Of a stretch of 64,000 nt of DNA, positions 45,001 to 56,575 are shown piece by piece. Position numbers and translations under genes: made by a program. Every line of letters begins with the position of its first letter. Position 1 is the first letter of the stretch. Origin of the DNA: an uncultured Planctomycetota bacterium (GTDB lineage Bacteria > Planctomycetota > Planctomycetia > Gemmatales > Gemmataceae). Below the pieces are notes generated by a model that worked only from the letters and a program-made list of their open reading frames with translations, searched no databases and was not told where the DNA came from. The stretch lies in contig CAWKHF010000006.1 in the NCBI GenBank assembly GCA_963849325.1, positions 480,001-544,000 of the forward strand, in the 5' to 3' direction.

Positions 45001-46026
45001 CATGTGGCCCTTCCAATCCCTTGAGCAAATGCTCATAGAAGATGTCCCGGTAACGCGCGATGCGCGGCAGCAACGTGGCGAGTGTCACGGTGGAGTCGTG
45101 GGCAGCCGGGCTATTTCCGCTGATGCCGGTGGCCATGAGCAGGGTGCCGGCCAGCACGGCGGCGCCCTCCAACAGTAACTCGTTGCGGTCGATCGGGCCG
45201 GGCGTGTCGATGCGCTCCCGCAGGGCGTCCAGAGTGATCTGTCGCGCCACGTAGCGGCGGAAGCGGCCCTGATTGTCCAGGTGATGCGGATCCCACTCGC
45301 CGAAGACATAATTGGGGCGACGGTTGACCGGGTGGCCGTGATCGTAGGCCCGTAAGTCAACGGCCAACTCGTCGAGCAAATCGAGGTCGAACTGCGCCTC
45401 GGCCCGAATGGCGGGATCGGTACCCTTCAGGATGTCGAGGGCGCGGGAGATCAGATCGTGGTACGGGCCGTAAGCGACGCCGCCCCCCTTGAGATACAAG
45501 GGCAACGGCCGATGGCGTTCGCGGTCATACGGCTCGCCCTGCGGCCGCGTCTCTAGAATGGCGATGGGCCGATGGCCGACGAAATCGTTGAGGCGAGCGA
45601 GAACGGCAGCCACGATGGCGTCGGCGTCCTCGCCGGCTCCGGCGGCCCGCTGGGCGAGGACGGCCTCGAAGACGCGCGCAGGAAAAAAGGCCCGAAGACA
45701 TTGCGGTCGTCGAGATGGGCGAGCAAGTCGGCGTGATGGCGACGGTAGGCGGGTAGGGTCCGCGCGGCCAGGGCGAGAATGTTCTCGGCCTGCGTCACGT
45801 CGCGGAAGGCGGCGCTGCCGCCCTCGTGTAGGGTGCGCAGGCTGGCCGACAGCCAGTCGAAAAGCGCCTGCCACGGCGCCGGCTCGCCGTGCTCGGCGAG
45901 GAAGGCGTAAGCGTCGTTGAACTGCTTCTGCCAGCGCGGATCGGGCCGTCCGTCGGAGAAATTCAGGTAGCCCAGCAGTGCCGACGCGGAGACGGCCTGT
46001 TCCAGTTGTGCGTAACGGTCATCCAC
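42068..46026 (-). CDS. Large (~1320 aa) alpha-helical hypothetical protein (frameshift ~45680)
   Basis: Long ORF with strong codon bias; GTG start after AGAGGAA; motifs LGYLNFSDG, RPNYVFGEWDPH, YKDYNTTTTQSDYGE. Confidence 0.85.
44038..44122. repeat. Palindromic tandem heptamer element (TGGCGAG)x4 ... (CTCGCCA)n inside a CDS
   Basis: Translated on the minus strand as EWRVASGKWLVAKEEEASSLATRHSPLA. Confidence 0.9.
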
Positions 46027-46151
46027 CGCTGGTTCCTCTTGTGTCCCTCGGGCCGTCCTCGCCCGTCTGTCCCTCTGCAGCATAGCGGGGCGGCCGGAAT
46101 CTCACCAGCCAGGGACGGGACCGTTCCCCTTGCAGCACTTCGGTGGCATCT

Positions 46152-47044
46152 TCAACGGCGGGAGGATTTGCGACGCTGCGGCTTCGGCGGCGCCGGCAGC
46201 AGTTCGTCCCAGGACTGTGACTGATAAACGCGCCGCGTCAATTGTTCCAGTTGGAGCAGATCTTGGATCGCCTCTACTTGTGCCTGTACGTTGGAAGAAG
46301 CCGCTGCGCCGAAACGATCCTGTCCCAGTTGCAGCAGCAGCTTGCGCTTCTTCCATCGCTCCCTGGGCAACTCCCTTCCGAACGATGGCCTGATACGTCG
46401 TGGATTCTTCCATACCGAGAACTCCTTGCAGCAATTGTTCCACCACCGTGTCTTGATAGCGCATGCCCATCAGCACGTACACCGCCGTCCACCAGCGCCC
46501 TAACCGGCCCCGATCGCGCACCCGCGCCACCCGATGCTTCATCTCCCGCAGCACGCCCGGCAACTCGGCTTCGCCCACGGCGCTGACCGGAGCGAGAGCC
46601 AATCGCCCCAGCCCGCCGCTCAGCAGCGACGCCACCGGCAGCTGCCAGACGCGAATCACCTGGTAGCGAAAGACTCGATACGGTTCGGATGCCTGCGGCA
46701 GGCTGTCGCTGGTAGAGGCCCGTGAGGAGGCGGAGATTCGCTTCCGGCCGCAGCAGCACCGCCACGCTGGCCACCGGCAGATCATGCCGATCTTCCAGCG
46801 CCGCATTATACACGTTCATACGTCGCGGCAGAGAGGCATCCGGCCCGGCCTGGAACTCCAAGTGCATCAACGACGGCGGCGGGCCGTACAGACGCAGCAC
46901 CTTGTCGGCTGCCCCGGAGATGGTGGACACATCGGCGTCAATCACCTCGACCCTCGGCTCGTGGACGCCGGCCAAGATCGGCCAGTCTTCCGGCGAATCC
47001 TCCAGCAACGATTTCAAGGTGACGTCGAATTTCTTTTCCAACAT
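46152..47044 (-). CDS. Rpn/YhgA-like PD-(D/E)xK protein with a DUF4351-like C-terminus (frameshifts ~46690 and ~46345)
   Basis: FDVTLK, AADKVL, HLEFQ, VIRVWQ, MEESTTYQ, SWDELL. Confidence 0.75.
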
Positions 47045-47094
47045 TCGTCTCCGACGGTGTTCCTCTCCGGGTTAGGTTGCTGGAAGCGAATGGC

Positions 47095-47790
47095 TCAATA
47101 CTCAATGTTCCTCAGATGATGTTCAACCTTGATCGGTCTTTTGGATGTGCGAATCCTCTCGGCCATTTTTGTGAGAGATTGTTTCGCCCCAGCCCATTCT
47201 TTGTCCGACGCAAAGTGACGGGGCTTCTCTTGCCGCAAGGCCCACTCGGCCCCTTCCAGTTGCAGATCGGCCAGAGTCTTGCCCTTCCGGTCCTTCAGCC
47301 ACGACTTGTAACCACCGCATGCGAGAATGAACGAGATACTGCGCGGGATGCTTGCGAAATCGGGCTTGGTGGTGTGACACTGATGGACTTCCACATGCAC
47401 GTCGATGATCTGACGGCACGCATAACCGACCGATGCTTTGACAAAGGCCCCGCTGGTTCCGTACTCTTCGCGGACGTACGAATAACGATCATCATGTGCG
47501 TTTCTTACAAGAACGGGCAAGGAAACCTCAATATTGTCACTCAACTTATTGTAGGCTTTTTGGATCTCCATTAAGGCTTTTTTGTCCTGGCCTTTCGGCG
47601 GTTTGAGGACGTAGTCCTTGTCGAACGGCGGCTTATTCGGATTGACGAGTTTCTTGACGAGCTTCTCGCATTCTTTCACAGAAATCCGGTCTTTCTCGGG
47701 AGCGGAACGCTCTCCGGCCTTCATCGAGGCGGCGAGAATGGCGAAAAGACCAATCACGCTGAGAAACCGGATCAATCTTCGTAGGAACAT
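47095..47790 (-). CDS. Hypothetical secreted Lys-rich protein, lower GC
   Basis: AGAGG RBS; signal peptide MFLRRLIRFLSVIGLFAILAASMKA. Confidence 0.7.
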   Translation of the reverse strand: MFLRRLIRFLSVIGLFAILAASMKAGERSAPEKDRISVKECEKLVKKLVNPNKPPFDKDYVLKPPKGQDKKALMEIQKAYNKLSDNIEVSLPVLVRNAHDDRYSYVREEYGTSGAFVKASVGYACRQIIDVHVEVHQCHTTKPDFASIPRSISFILACGGYKSWLKDRKGKTLADLQLEGAEWALRQEKPRHFASDKEWAGAKQSLTKMAERIRTSKRPIKVEHHLRNIEY

Positions 47791-48004
47791 GAAAACCTCT
47801 TTTTGTTTTATCCGCGAGTTACCAGTCCACCGTTGACCATCCTCTCGGCTTGAGAGGTTCCCGTCAAGCATCCACCAGAGAATACTCCATCTTATTCCGG
47901 CGGAGCCGGACGACGACTTTGCATTGAGCCATCCGCACAGCGACACTACGATGAGACGGCCACGGGGCGGCATTGTCACACCGCATCCCATGAGGAAGGA
48001 ACGC

Positions 48005-49491
48005 ATGAACGACAGATACGAGGATAAGGGCGCTCCCGCCGACGCCGGGCTGGACACCGAGTTTCATCGCGGCCTGGGTCTGTTCGATGCCACGATGGTC
48101 GTCGTCGGCTCGATGATCGGCTCGGGCATTTTCATCGTGCCGGCGACGATGGCCCGCGAGATCGGCAGTCCCGGCTGGCTGCTCGTCGCCTGGCTCCTCA
48201 CCGGCGCGCTGACCGATCAGCGCCGCCCTGTCCTACGGCGAGCTGGCCGCGATGATGCCGCGGGCCGGCGGACAGTATCTCTACCTGCGCGAGGCGTTCT
48301 CGCCGCTGTGCGGCTTTCTCTACGGCTGGACGCTGTTCCTCGTCATCCAGACCGGATTCATCGCGGCGGTCGCCGTCGCCTTCGCACGCTTCGCCGGCGT
48401 GCTGTGGCCGGCCATCTCCGAGGAGAAATATCTGCTGGGTCCGTGGCACCTGACGCCCGGCTATGCCGTGTCGCTGTCCACGGCCCAACTCGTCGGCGTG
48501 ACCATGATCGCCGTGCTGACGGCGACGAACATCTGCGGCCTGCGCTACGGCAAGCTCGTGCAGAACCTGTTCACCGTCACCAAGACGGGGGCGCTGTTGG
48601 GACTGATCGTCGTAGGGCTGGTGCTCGGCTGGAACGCGGAGGCGGTCGGCGGCGAACTTCGGCGACCTGTGGACGGTGCGCGGCTGCCAGGATCTCGGCG
48701 GCGGGCTGACGGCGGCGACCGGGTTCGGCCTGTTCGTCGCCCTGTGCGTGGCGCAAACCGGATCGCTGTTCTCGTCGGACACCTGGAACAACATCACCTT
48801 CACGGCCGGCGAGGTGCGTCATCCGCGGCGCAATCTGCCGCTGTCGCTGGCGCTGGGCACGTCGTCGGTGCTCGCCCTGTATCTGCTGGCCAACCTCGCC
48901 TATCTGGTGACCTTGCCGTTTGCGACCATTCAGCGCGAGCCAGCCCCGCCGGTGGCGACGGTGATGATGGAGCGCATCTTCCCACGAACCGGCGTGCCGC
49001 TCATGGCGGCGGCCATCATGATCTCGACGTTCGGCTGCAACAACGGCCTCATCCTGGCGGGGCGCGAGCGTACTACGCCATGGCGCGCGATGGGCTGTTC
49101 TTCCAGTCCGCCGGCCGGCTCAACGCCGCCCGCGTGCCGGCCGGCGGCCTGGTCCTGCAAGGCGTATGGGCCGCCCTGCTCGTGCTGCCGCGCACCTACG
49201 CCGGCGGCCAATACGGCAACCTCTACAACGATCTGCTCGACTACATCATCTCGGCGGCGCTGCTGTTCTACGTGCTCACCATCGCCGCGGTCTATCGCCT
49301 GCGCGTCAGCCGGCCCGAGGCGGAGCGGCCGTACCGGGCCTTCGGCTATCCCGTGGTGCCGGCGTTGTACATCGTCGGGCGCGACAATCCTTGTCGGCGT
49401 GCTGGTGGTGTATCGGCCGATGACGACCTGGCCGGGAATGGTCATCGTCTTGCTGGGATTGCCGGTGTACTATCTCTGGAAAGGACGATGA
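48005..49491 (+). CDS. APC-family amino acid permease (multiple frameshifts)
   Basis: GSMIGSGIF, MMPRAGGQYLYLREAF, WNNITFTAGEV, YAMARDG, RPYRAFGYP. Confidence 0.92.
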
Positions 49492-49501
49492 GGAGTGTAC
49501 T

Positions 49502-49903
49502 TCATTTCAGCAGGGCGATAAAGCCGGCTTGCTCGAAGTGATGATCGCCGGTCAGCGCCTCGCTGATCCCCTCGCGCTGCATGACCACGAACGAGATGCA
49601 ATCGGTCAGCGACCAATCTTTATCGGGACGCTGGGCGTAGAGTTGGAAACCCTCCTGGAGGAGTGCCCGACTCGCCGGGACGATCTCCAGTTCCTTCCGT
49701 CCTTGCAACTTCTGGTAAATAATCACGAAGGTAGCCCGATTCGGCGGCCGGGCGAAGGCGTCCGCCAATTCCACCATCACCCAGTCCGTGGTAACCATGC
49801 GACCCTGGAAAGAGTTGGTGAACCTCGTTGCTTTCTCGTGAGCCGTGTCGTGGGGATTGAACTGGGCAAGGAAGTAAAACGTGTCCGCGAAGAGGGTTTT
49901 CAT
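49502..49903 (-). CDS. vapC: PIN-domain (VapC-like) toxin
   Basis: FADT, VMVE, WSLTDCISF, TGDHHFEQAGF. Confidence 0.92.
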   Translation of the reverse strand: MKTLFADTFYFLAQFNPHDTAHEKATRFTNSFQGRMVTTDWVMVELADAFARPPNRATFVIIYQKLQGRKELEIVPASRALLQEGFQLYAQRPDKDWSLTDCISFVVMQREGISEALTGDHHFEQAGFIALLK

Positions 49904-50115
49904 CGCTTGGAAGTTCCGTGGATGTAGTGATCGTGCTGCTCGGCCATGTCCGGCGGTAGGTCCGTCATGCAGCCGGCGTACTTTCTCAGCACGTCGCCGA
50001 GCGTCGCCTCTGGTCCCAACTCGTTAACGGTTATCGACACCCGCGTTCCCTCGGGGAGGGTCAGGTTGTTATCGAACACAACCACACCGTTCTGGACCGT
50101 TCCATGCAGTTCCAT
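49900..50115 (-). CDS. Cognate antitoxin (VapB-like)
   Basis: 4-bp overlap with the toxin; GTVQNGVV, LPEGTRV, DMAEQHDHY. Confidence 0.85.
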   Translation of the reverse strand: MELHGTVQNGVVVFDNNLTLPEGTRVSITVNELGPEATLGDVLRKYAGCMTDLPPDMAEQHDHYIHGTSKR

Positions 50116-50202
50116 GAGGATTTCTCCGGGATCAAGAGAGCTTCATTCGCCTGTTGTTATTCTACAGAGGGAGCAGCGGAGGTACGGACTACCATTTCCC
50201 CG

Positions 50203-50649
50203 TCAGAGGGTCTCGATCTCGCTGATGACAAAGCGTGGGTCTCGCGGCACCAGACGCTGATGCAGGCAATCCACCAGGTAATCCAGGTCTTCGAGAACGA
50301 TGGCCCCGATCAACGCCTCGGTGCGCGAGGGCTCGCCGATGGCGGTAAACGTCCCTTGGCGTCCGCGAATCTCGACTTGCACGTCCTGCGCCGTGTCGCG
50401 CGTCCGCGTACGGCCATCGGCAGAACGGACCTTGACCTTGTCGGCCTGGGGCAAGCCGAGTTGTTGGACAACGGCTTGCGGCAGCACCAGGCGGCCCGCG
50501 CCGGAATCGACCACGCCGCGGATCGTCACGCGCCGTACCTGATCCTCGGCGAGGGCGCCCTCTTCGGCCTTGATGATGTCTCGTCGATTCGCCACCTGGA
50601 ACTCGACCGAGAATCGTCCCACGCCGTTGTCTCCCCTGGTCCTCATCAT
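50203..50649 (-). CDS. Clan AA (retropepsin-like) aspartic protease
   Basis: VVDSGA catalytic motif, ADG flap, LIGAIVLE; TATAAT upstream. Confidence 0.88.
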   Translation of the reverse strand: MMRTRGDNGVGRFSVEFQVANRRDIIKAEEGALAEDQVRRVTIRGVVDSGAGRLVLPQAVVQQLGLPQADKVKVRSADGRTRTRDTAQDVQVEIRGRQGTFTAIGEPSRTEALIGAIVLEDLDYLVDCLHQRLVPRDPRFVISEIETL

Positions 50650-50821
50650 GCCATCTCCGCGGGAACGAAATGCCTTACGCGGATTATACACCACCGGCGA
50701 ACACCGTTGCGGTTGCTCCTCCGGCTTGTCACGAAAAGGCGATCAGGGATGATCCGCGCCGGGGGAAGAAGTGAAGAGGGGATGCCGCGATGAGAACGCA
50801 GCATCCGCGGCCGACGCAACG

Positions 50822-51997
50822 TCACCAGCCGAAGATTTGCCGTCCCAAATCGATCAGACCGTAGAGCATCCCCCCAACGACCAATAGCGCCAGCGAGAGG
50901 GCGATTCCGTGCGGCAGGCAGTGCGAATAAAAGGGGAAGGTGTAGACGCCGCTGAAAAAGGGGTATGGCGGCGGCGGCGGAGTGGACCGTTCGCGCTCGG
51001 CGATCCGCTGGCGCACCTGCTCGGCGAACAGTTCGGATTGCGGTTCCCTCGTGGTCGGCGGTTCCTCGGACGCCTCCTGCATGTCGATCGGCTCGTACTC
51101 CTCGGGGGACACATAAGGAAGGGGCTTCGCCGGCTTCTCGGACGGCGGCTCCGACCGGGCCGGCTTGTCGGCGGCGATGCCGTAGCCCTCGATTTCATCC
51201 GGGCTGGGCGGCGTTAACGCCGTCTTCGCCTTCGGCGGCGGATCGTCGGCCCAGGGGAAGCGTTTGCTCTTGGCCCGCGTCTTTCCCTCCTCGGGGGCCG
51301 CCCAGGGGTCTTGCACCGCTGCCGGCGGCTTCCGCTTCTTCTTCCCGCCGGACGTGACCGGCGGACGTTTCACGGCCCTCGATTTGGTGGTGGCGCGGGG
51401 GGCGGACGGCAAGCGCTGGATGAGCCAGGCCATGCGGCCGAGCAGACGGGAATAGATCAGGACCACGGCGGCGCCGACCCCAGCCGCCACCGGAAGCAAC
51501 ACGGGACGGTTCGCGGCCAGGGCGAAATACCACGGCGCGACCCCGATCCCAATGAGGATGGCCGTCAGCAAGTAAAAGCCCAGCGCGGCGGGAGCGAGAC
51601 GCAGGAAGCGACAGAAGATGGTCCAGCGGAACGGCACCCAGCGCGATTGCGCACTGAGCGACGACAATAGACCGATGGGGAAGAACAGCCACAATCCCGG
51701 TCCGGCCAGGATCAGGACGCGCAGGGCGCCCTCGCCGGGGAGCCAGACGTCGCGCAAGGACCGGGCCAGGATGCCGGCCGGTGCCAGCCAGATTCCCAAC
51801 AATTCGATGAACAGCACGGCATGGCCGAGCCAATCGACGTAGGGCTCGGTCGGCCAGATCACTTCGTCCTGCCCCAGCCCGGTCTCCTGCACCACCACGA
51901 GCACGCACCGCGCCACGAAGGCCAGCACGCAGACGCCGACCCCGACCGACGCCGCCAACAGCATCACGAAGAGAATGACAGGACCGGCCGCACCCAT
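50822..51997 (-). CDS. Hypothetical membrane protein with a Pro/Lys-rich linker
   Basis: Five to six TM helices, low-complexity linker, C-terminal TM. Confidence 0.75.
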   Translation of the reverse strand: MGAAGPVILFVMLLAASVGVGVCVLAFVARCVLVVVQETGLGQDEVIWPTEPYVDWLGHAVLFIELLGIWLAPAGILARSLRDVWLPGEGALRVLILAGPGLWLFFPIGLLSSLSAQSRWVPFRWTIFCRFLRLAPAALGFYLLTAILIGIGVAPWYFALAANRPVLLPVAAGVGAAVVLIYSRLLGRMAWLIQRLPSAPRATTKSRAVKRPPVTSGGKKKRKPPAAVQDPWAAPEEGKTRAKSKRFPWADDPPPKAKTALTPPSPDEIEGYGIAADKPARSEPPSEKPAKPLPYVSPEEYEPIDMQEASEEPPTTREPQSELFAEQVRQRIAERERSTPPPPPYPFFSGVYTFPFYSHCLPHGIALSLALLVVGGMLYGLIDLGRQIFGW

Positions 51998-52017
51998 GAC
52001 GATGCCTCCCAACAAGT

Positions 52018-52063
52018 CCCGAGCGCCAGCGCGGGAGCTTTTCACCCCGCGCTGGCGCTCAGG
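52018..52063. repeat. REP-like palindrome related to family E
   Basis: GAGCGCCAGCGCGGG ... CCCGCGCTGGCGCTC downstream of thiC. Confidence 0.75.
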
Positions 52064-52081
52064 GCTTGTGACAATTCCTTG

Positions 52082-53556
<1,475 letters not shown>

Positions 53557-53748
53557 TACCTGGGAGGGATTGTAGCCCAGGCGAGGCACTACGGCCACCG
53601 ATCCATCGTCGCTCATGGAAGGACAAACCGGCGACGGGCCGGGATTTCGCTTGACAGAGAATCGCCCTGAGCTTGAGATAGCGCCGTTAGGGTGCGCCGG
53701 CACGCCGAAGCAGAGGCTTAGGCGCGCACCGGCGCGCCCGAAGAATGA

Positions 53749-54403
53749 GTTCGGCCGCAGAGATCCCGGGATGGCGATCCGCTATACGGTCTACTGCAAA
53801 CGCAGCGTCGCTGGTGTCGCGCCGGAGCAACTGCTCGCTGGCGTTCGATCGGCAGATTTGCACACGATTGCAGAAAATGATGAAATCTCCGACGATGCGA
53901 TCATCGATGCACTGGACCAATTGCGGATAGAGAACGTCGATCCGAGCGGCTTTCGCTGTTATCGTCTTTGCTACCGGCCGACTGGGAAACGGCAGGTCGA
54001 TGTCGAACGGTGGCAAACAGCCGACGAAGTTCGCGGCGTGGCGACCGAAGTGCTCGAAGGCCTGGAGGAGGAGGGACATCCGGCTTTGGAGCATATCCGA
54101 ACCCACCTCCAGCAAACCGTGGACATTGTCGATGCCTCCTTCGGTTCGTCGCCAGGCGAGCAAATGGCCCCGGTGCTGGCCTCGGAAGTGACGCGCTGGC
54201 TGGCGGAGAAATTCGATGGTATCATCCGGGCGGCCGATGGTACTTGGTGGGAGTTGGGATCGCGCCATCACGAGTATCAGCGCTTGCACTCGTAGGGGTG
54301 GTCGGGCCGAACCAGATGGTGCTGCCGCAGACCGATCGCGCGAATGAAGGCTTGTCGAGCTTCAGCGCTTCTCTCCGCGTGATCCGGTGGCAGAGTTGGA
54401 TCG
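53749..54403 (+). mobile_element. Integron-like gene cassette
   Basis: Starts at core GTTCGGC, carries one ORF, followed by the exact inverse core GCCGAAC and an attC-like fold. Confidence 0.7.
53771..54295 (+). CDS. Hypothetical acidic protein (cassette-borne, possibly immunity-like)
   Basis: 174 aa, lower GC, fills the cassette exactly. Confidence 0.75.
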   Translation: MAIRYTVYCKRSVAGVAPEQLLAGVRSADLHTIAENDEISDDAIIDALDQLRIENVDPSGFRCYRLCYRPTGKRQVDVERWQTADEVRGVATEVLEGLEEEGHPALEHIRTHLQQTVDIVDASFGSSPGEQMAPVLASEVTRWLAEKFDGIIRAADGTWWELGSRHHEYQRLHS

Positions 54404-54409
54404 TTCGGG
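54306..54409 (+). mobile_element. attC-like recombination site (104 bp)
   Basis: GCCGAAC ... GTTCGGG ends; CTGCCGC/GTGGCAG and GATCGCGCG/CGCGTGATC inner stems; starts 10 bp after the stop. Confidence 0.72.
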
Positions 54410-54734
54410 GATTCTCGTGCATAATGCCAGCGGACAAACCCCTCTGCAGATCGCGGAGTCAGGAGGCCGTCACTCCGGCTTTTTGCGACAGCGACGGGGC
54501 AAGACGCCTGACGAGCTACTTCGGGAAGGCCAAACCTTGCGCCAGCGCGCCGCCGAACACGCCGAGAAAATCAGGAACCGTGTTGGTTACAATAAGATCA
54601 GCGATGATCCCGTGATCCAAGCGCAGTCGGAGGCTGGTCGTACTCGGCATCTGCAAAAGGAGGTTGACAACTTCACCCAGCAGGCCGAAATCGTCGAGGA
54701 ACTCGCCCGCAGAAAGGCAGCAGGTGGACCATGA
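54403..54734 (+). pseudogene. Orphan polymorphic-toxin tip: Hint C-terminus (SGILVHN) plus ~102-aa putative toxin domain
   Basis: GILVHN matches the Hint/pretoxin-HINT terminal motif; no RBS-supported start; in-frame stop upstream at 54345. Confidence 0.65.
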
Positions 54735-54976
54735 ACGAGGCGCTATCTTGCATCGAGGATACCCTTCGGTCATTGCTCGACGAAGCCAAAGAGGCGCGGC
54801 AGGCAGCCATCGCGGGCCGTGGGTCTACGGGAGAAGGTTTCGTCGTCGGACGCGCGGAGGCGCTCACCGAAGTCCTTCACACGTGGTCCAATCAACTTCA
54901 AACATTCGGCCTTGCCGCTCCACTCAACGGCGTCTGGACGGAGTTGCGCGAGTTTCTCGCCCCTCAGGGTTACTGA
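54731..54976 (+). CDS. Putative immunity protein
   Basis: ATGA overlap with the toxin-tip ORF; 81 aa, helical, acidic. Confidence 0.6.
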   Translation: MNEALSCIEDTLRSLLDEAKEARQAAIAGRGSTGEGFVVGRAEALTEVLHTWSNQLQTFGLAAPLNGVWTELREFLAPQGY

Positions 54977-55106
54977 CTTGGGAGGGGCCAGGCCGAACGT
55001 CCGAATCGCCAGGGCCAGAGCGCGCATGTCGGCCACTCGTACAAGAAGTGTGTCATGAGGAAACTCGTTGGTTGCGTCGTGCGGCGCAGCCCGGCCGTGG
55101 ACCCGA

Positions 55107-56470
55107 TCAGTGGATCGCGGACTGACAGTCGTTGTACGTGCCGAGGAACAGTAGCAAGCGCACCTGGGCCTTGTTGTAGGCGCTGACGGCGGTCAGGTAG
55201 CTGGCGTGGGCCTGGGAGAGTTGCTGAATGCTGGCTAGGACCGCGGTATAGCTGTTGTTCCGCATCGACTCGCGGGGCGATTCGGACTCCAGGCGCAGGT
55301 TGGTGATGCGATAAGTCTCGGCGGCGTGCTCGATGGTGTTCGAGCCGCGCGTGATCTGTTCGCGTCCGCTGAGGGTGGCTGAGATCGCTTCCTCGACGCC
55401 GGCCTTCAGCTTGCCGCGTACATCGATCAGCGCCAGCTGGGCCTGTTGCAACTGGCTCTGGGCGATTTGCAATCGGCCGCACACCATGGCGGAGCCAGTG
55501 CAGTTGCACAGACGCTGAGCGCCCGCGCGTCGTCGAGTCCATGCTGGATCGACGCCGCCAGCCCTTGCAGCTCGCGCACACCCGGTCCATTGTCCATCGC
55601 CTGTTGCACCAAGGCGGCGGATGGGGCGGCGGCGTCCACGAGATCGATCGGCTCCAGCGCGGGAGCGGCCGGCGCCGGCCCGGCGTCGCTCAGGCCGAGA
55701 AGGTAAGCCAGCTTGGCGGCGGCGGCTTGACCTAACTGTCGTGCCCGAGCGCTGAATTGACGCCGGCCATTGAGGGCGGTCTGCGTGGCCTCGACCAGCA
55801 CCTGCGCCGGCTTCTCGCCCGACTCGATCAGGGCCCGCGAACGCTTGAGCAGCTTCTCCTCGTACTTCTCCAGGTCGCGGGCGACCGTCTCGCCGCGCAG
55901 GGCCGTCAGCCAGTCGAAGTAGGTGTTCGCCGCGTCTTGCAGGGCATCGAACTGCTTCTTGCTCAGCTCGGCGCGGCGCCGCCAGACTTGCGCCTCGGCG
56001 ACGGGCCGCTTGAACAGATCCTTGCGCAGCAACTCCGGCATGCACGATCGCAGCGCCGCATCCAGGGCGATCTGGCTCTCGTTGACGCGCTCCCGCGCCA
56101 GGAGGATCTCCGGGTTGCGCTCGCAGGTCAGACGCAGCACCGTATCGAGATTGAGTACCGGCCCGCTCGGGACGGTCGTGTCCTCGTCGCCGTCCTCTTC
56201 CTCTTGATGCGAGGCACGCACTAGGTCGGACGCCCTCGGCGCCTTCGCGCTTCGGCTCCAGGTGCCGCGCGCATAGGGGACGGACGTCAGGCTCAGCGGC
56301 GGGGTCAGCCCGCTGGACAACGGACCCGGCACGGGCGGCCCGTTCAAGGCGAGCCGGGACATGGGCAGGTTGCAGCCGACCGACAACAGGAGAGAGCCGG
56401 CAGCGCACCACGCCGCCAGGCACGGCAAACGGCGACATCGGGGCAAAAGGCGAAAGCGGAGGCGGGACAT
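55107..56470 (-). CDS. TolC/OEP-like outer membrane protein, probable lipoprotein (frameshift ~55500)
   Basis: LSVGC lipobox; LNLDTVLRLTCERNPEI; AANTYFD; AYNKAQVRL. Confidence 0.75.
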
Positions 56471-56575
56471 AAAACGAGTCTCCTGCAAGCTCGGATGAGC
56501 GGGTATAGCTGGCTCGCAGGTTACATCGGTTGCCCTCCTATCCGAACTTTGCCGATTGTGCCAAACGCTTGCCGT

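Noticed and set aside
47071-47077. ACCTAAC (inverse-core-like) after the orphan secreted gene
   Set aside because: No palindrome follows and no complementary GTT core precedes the gene
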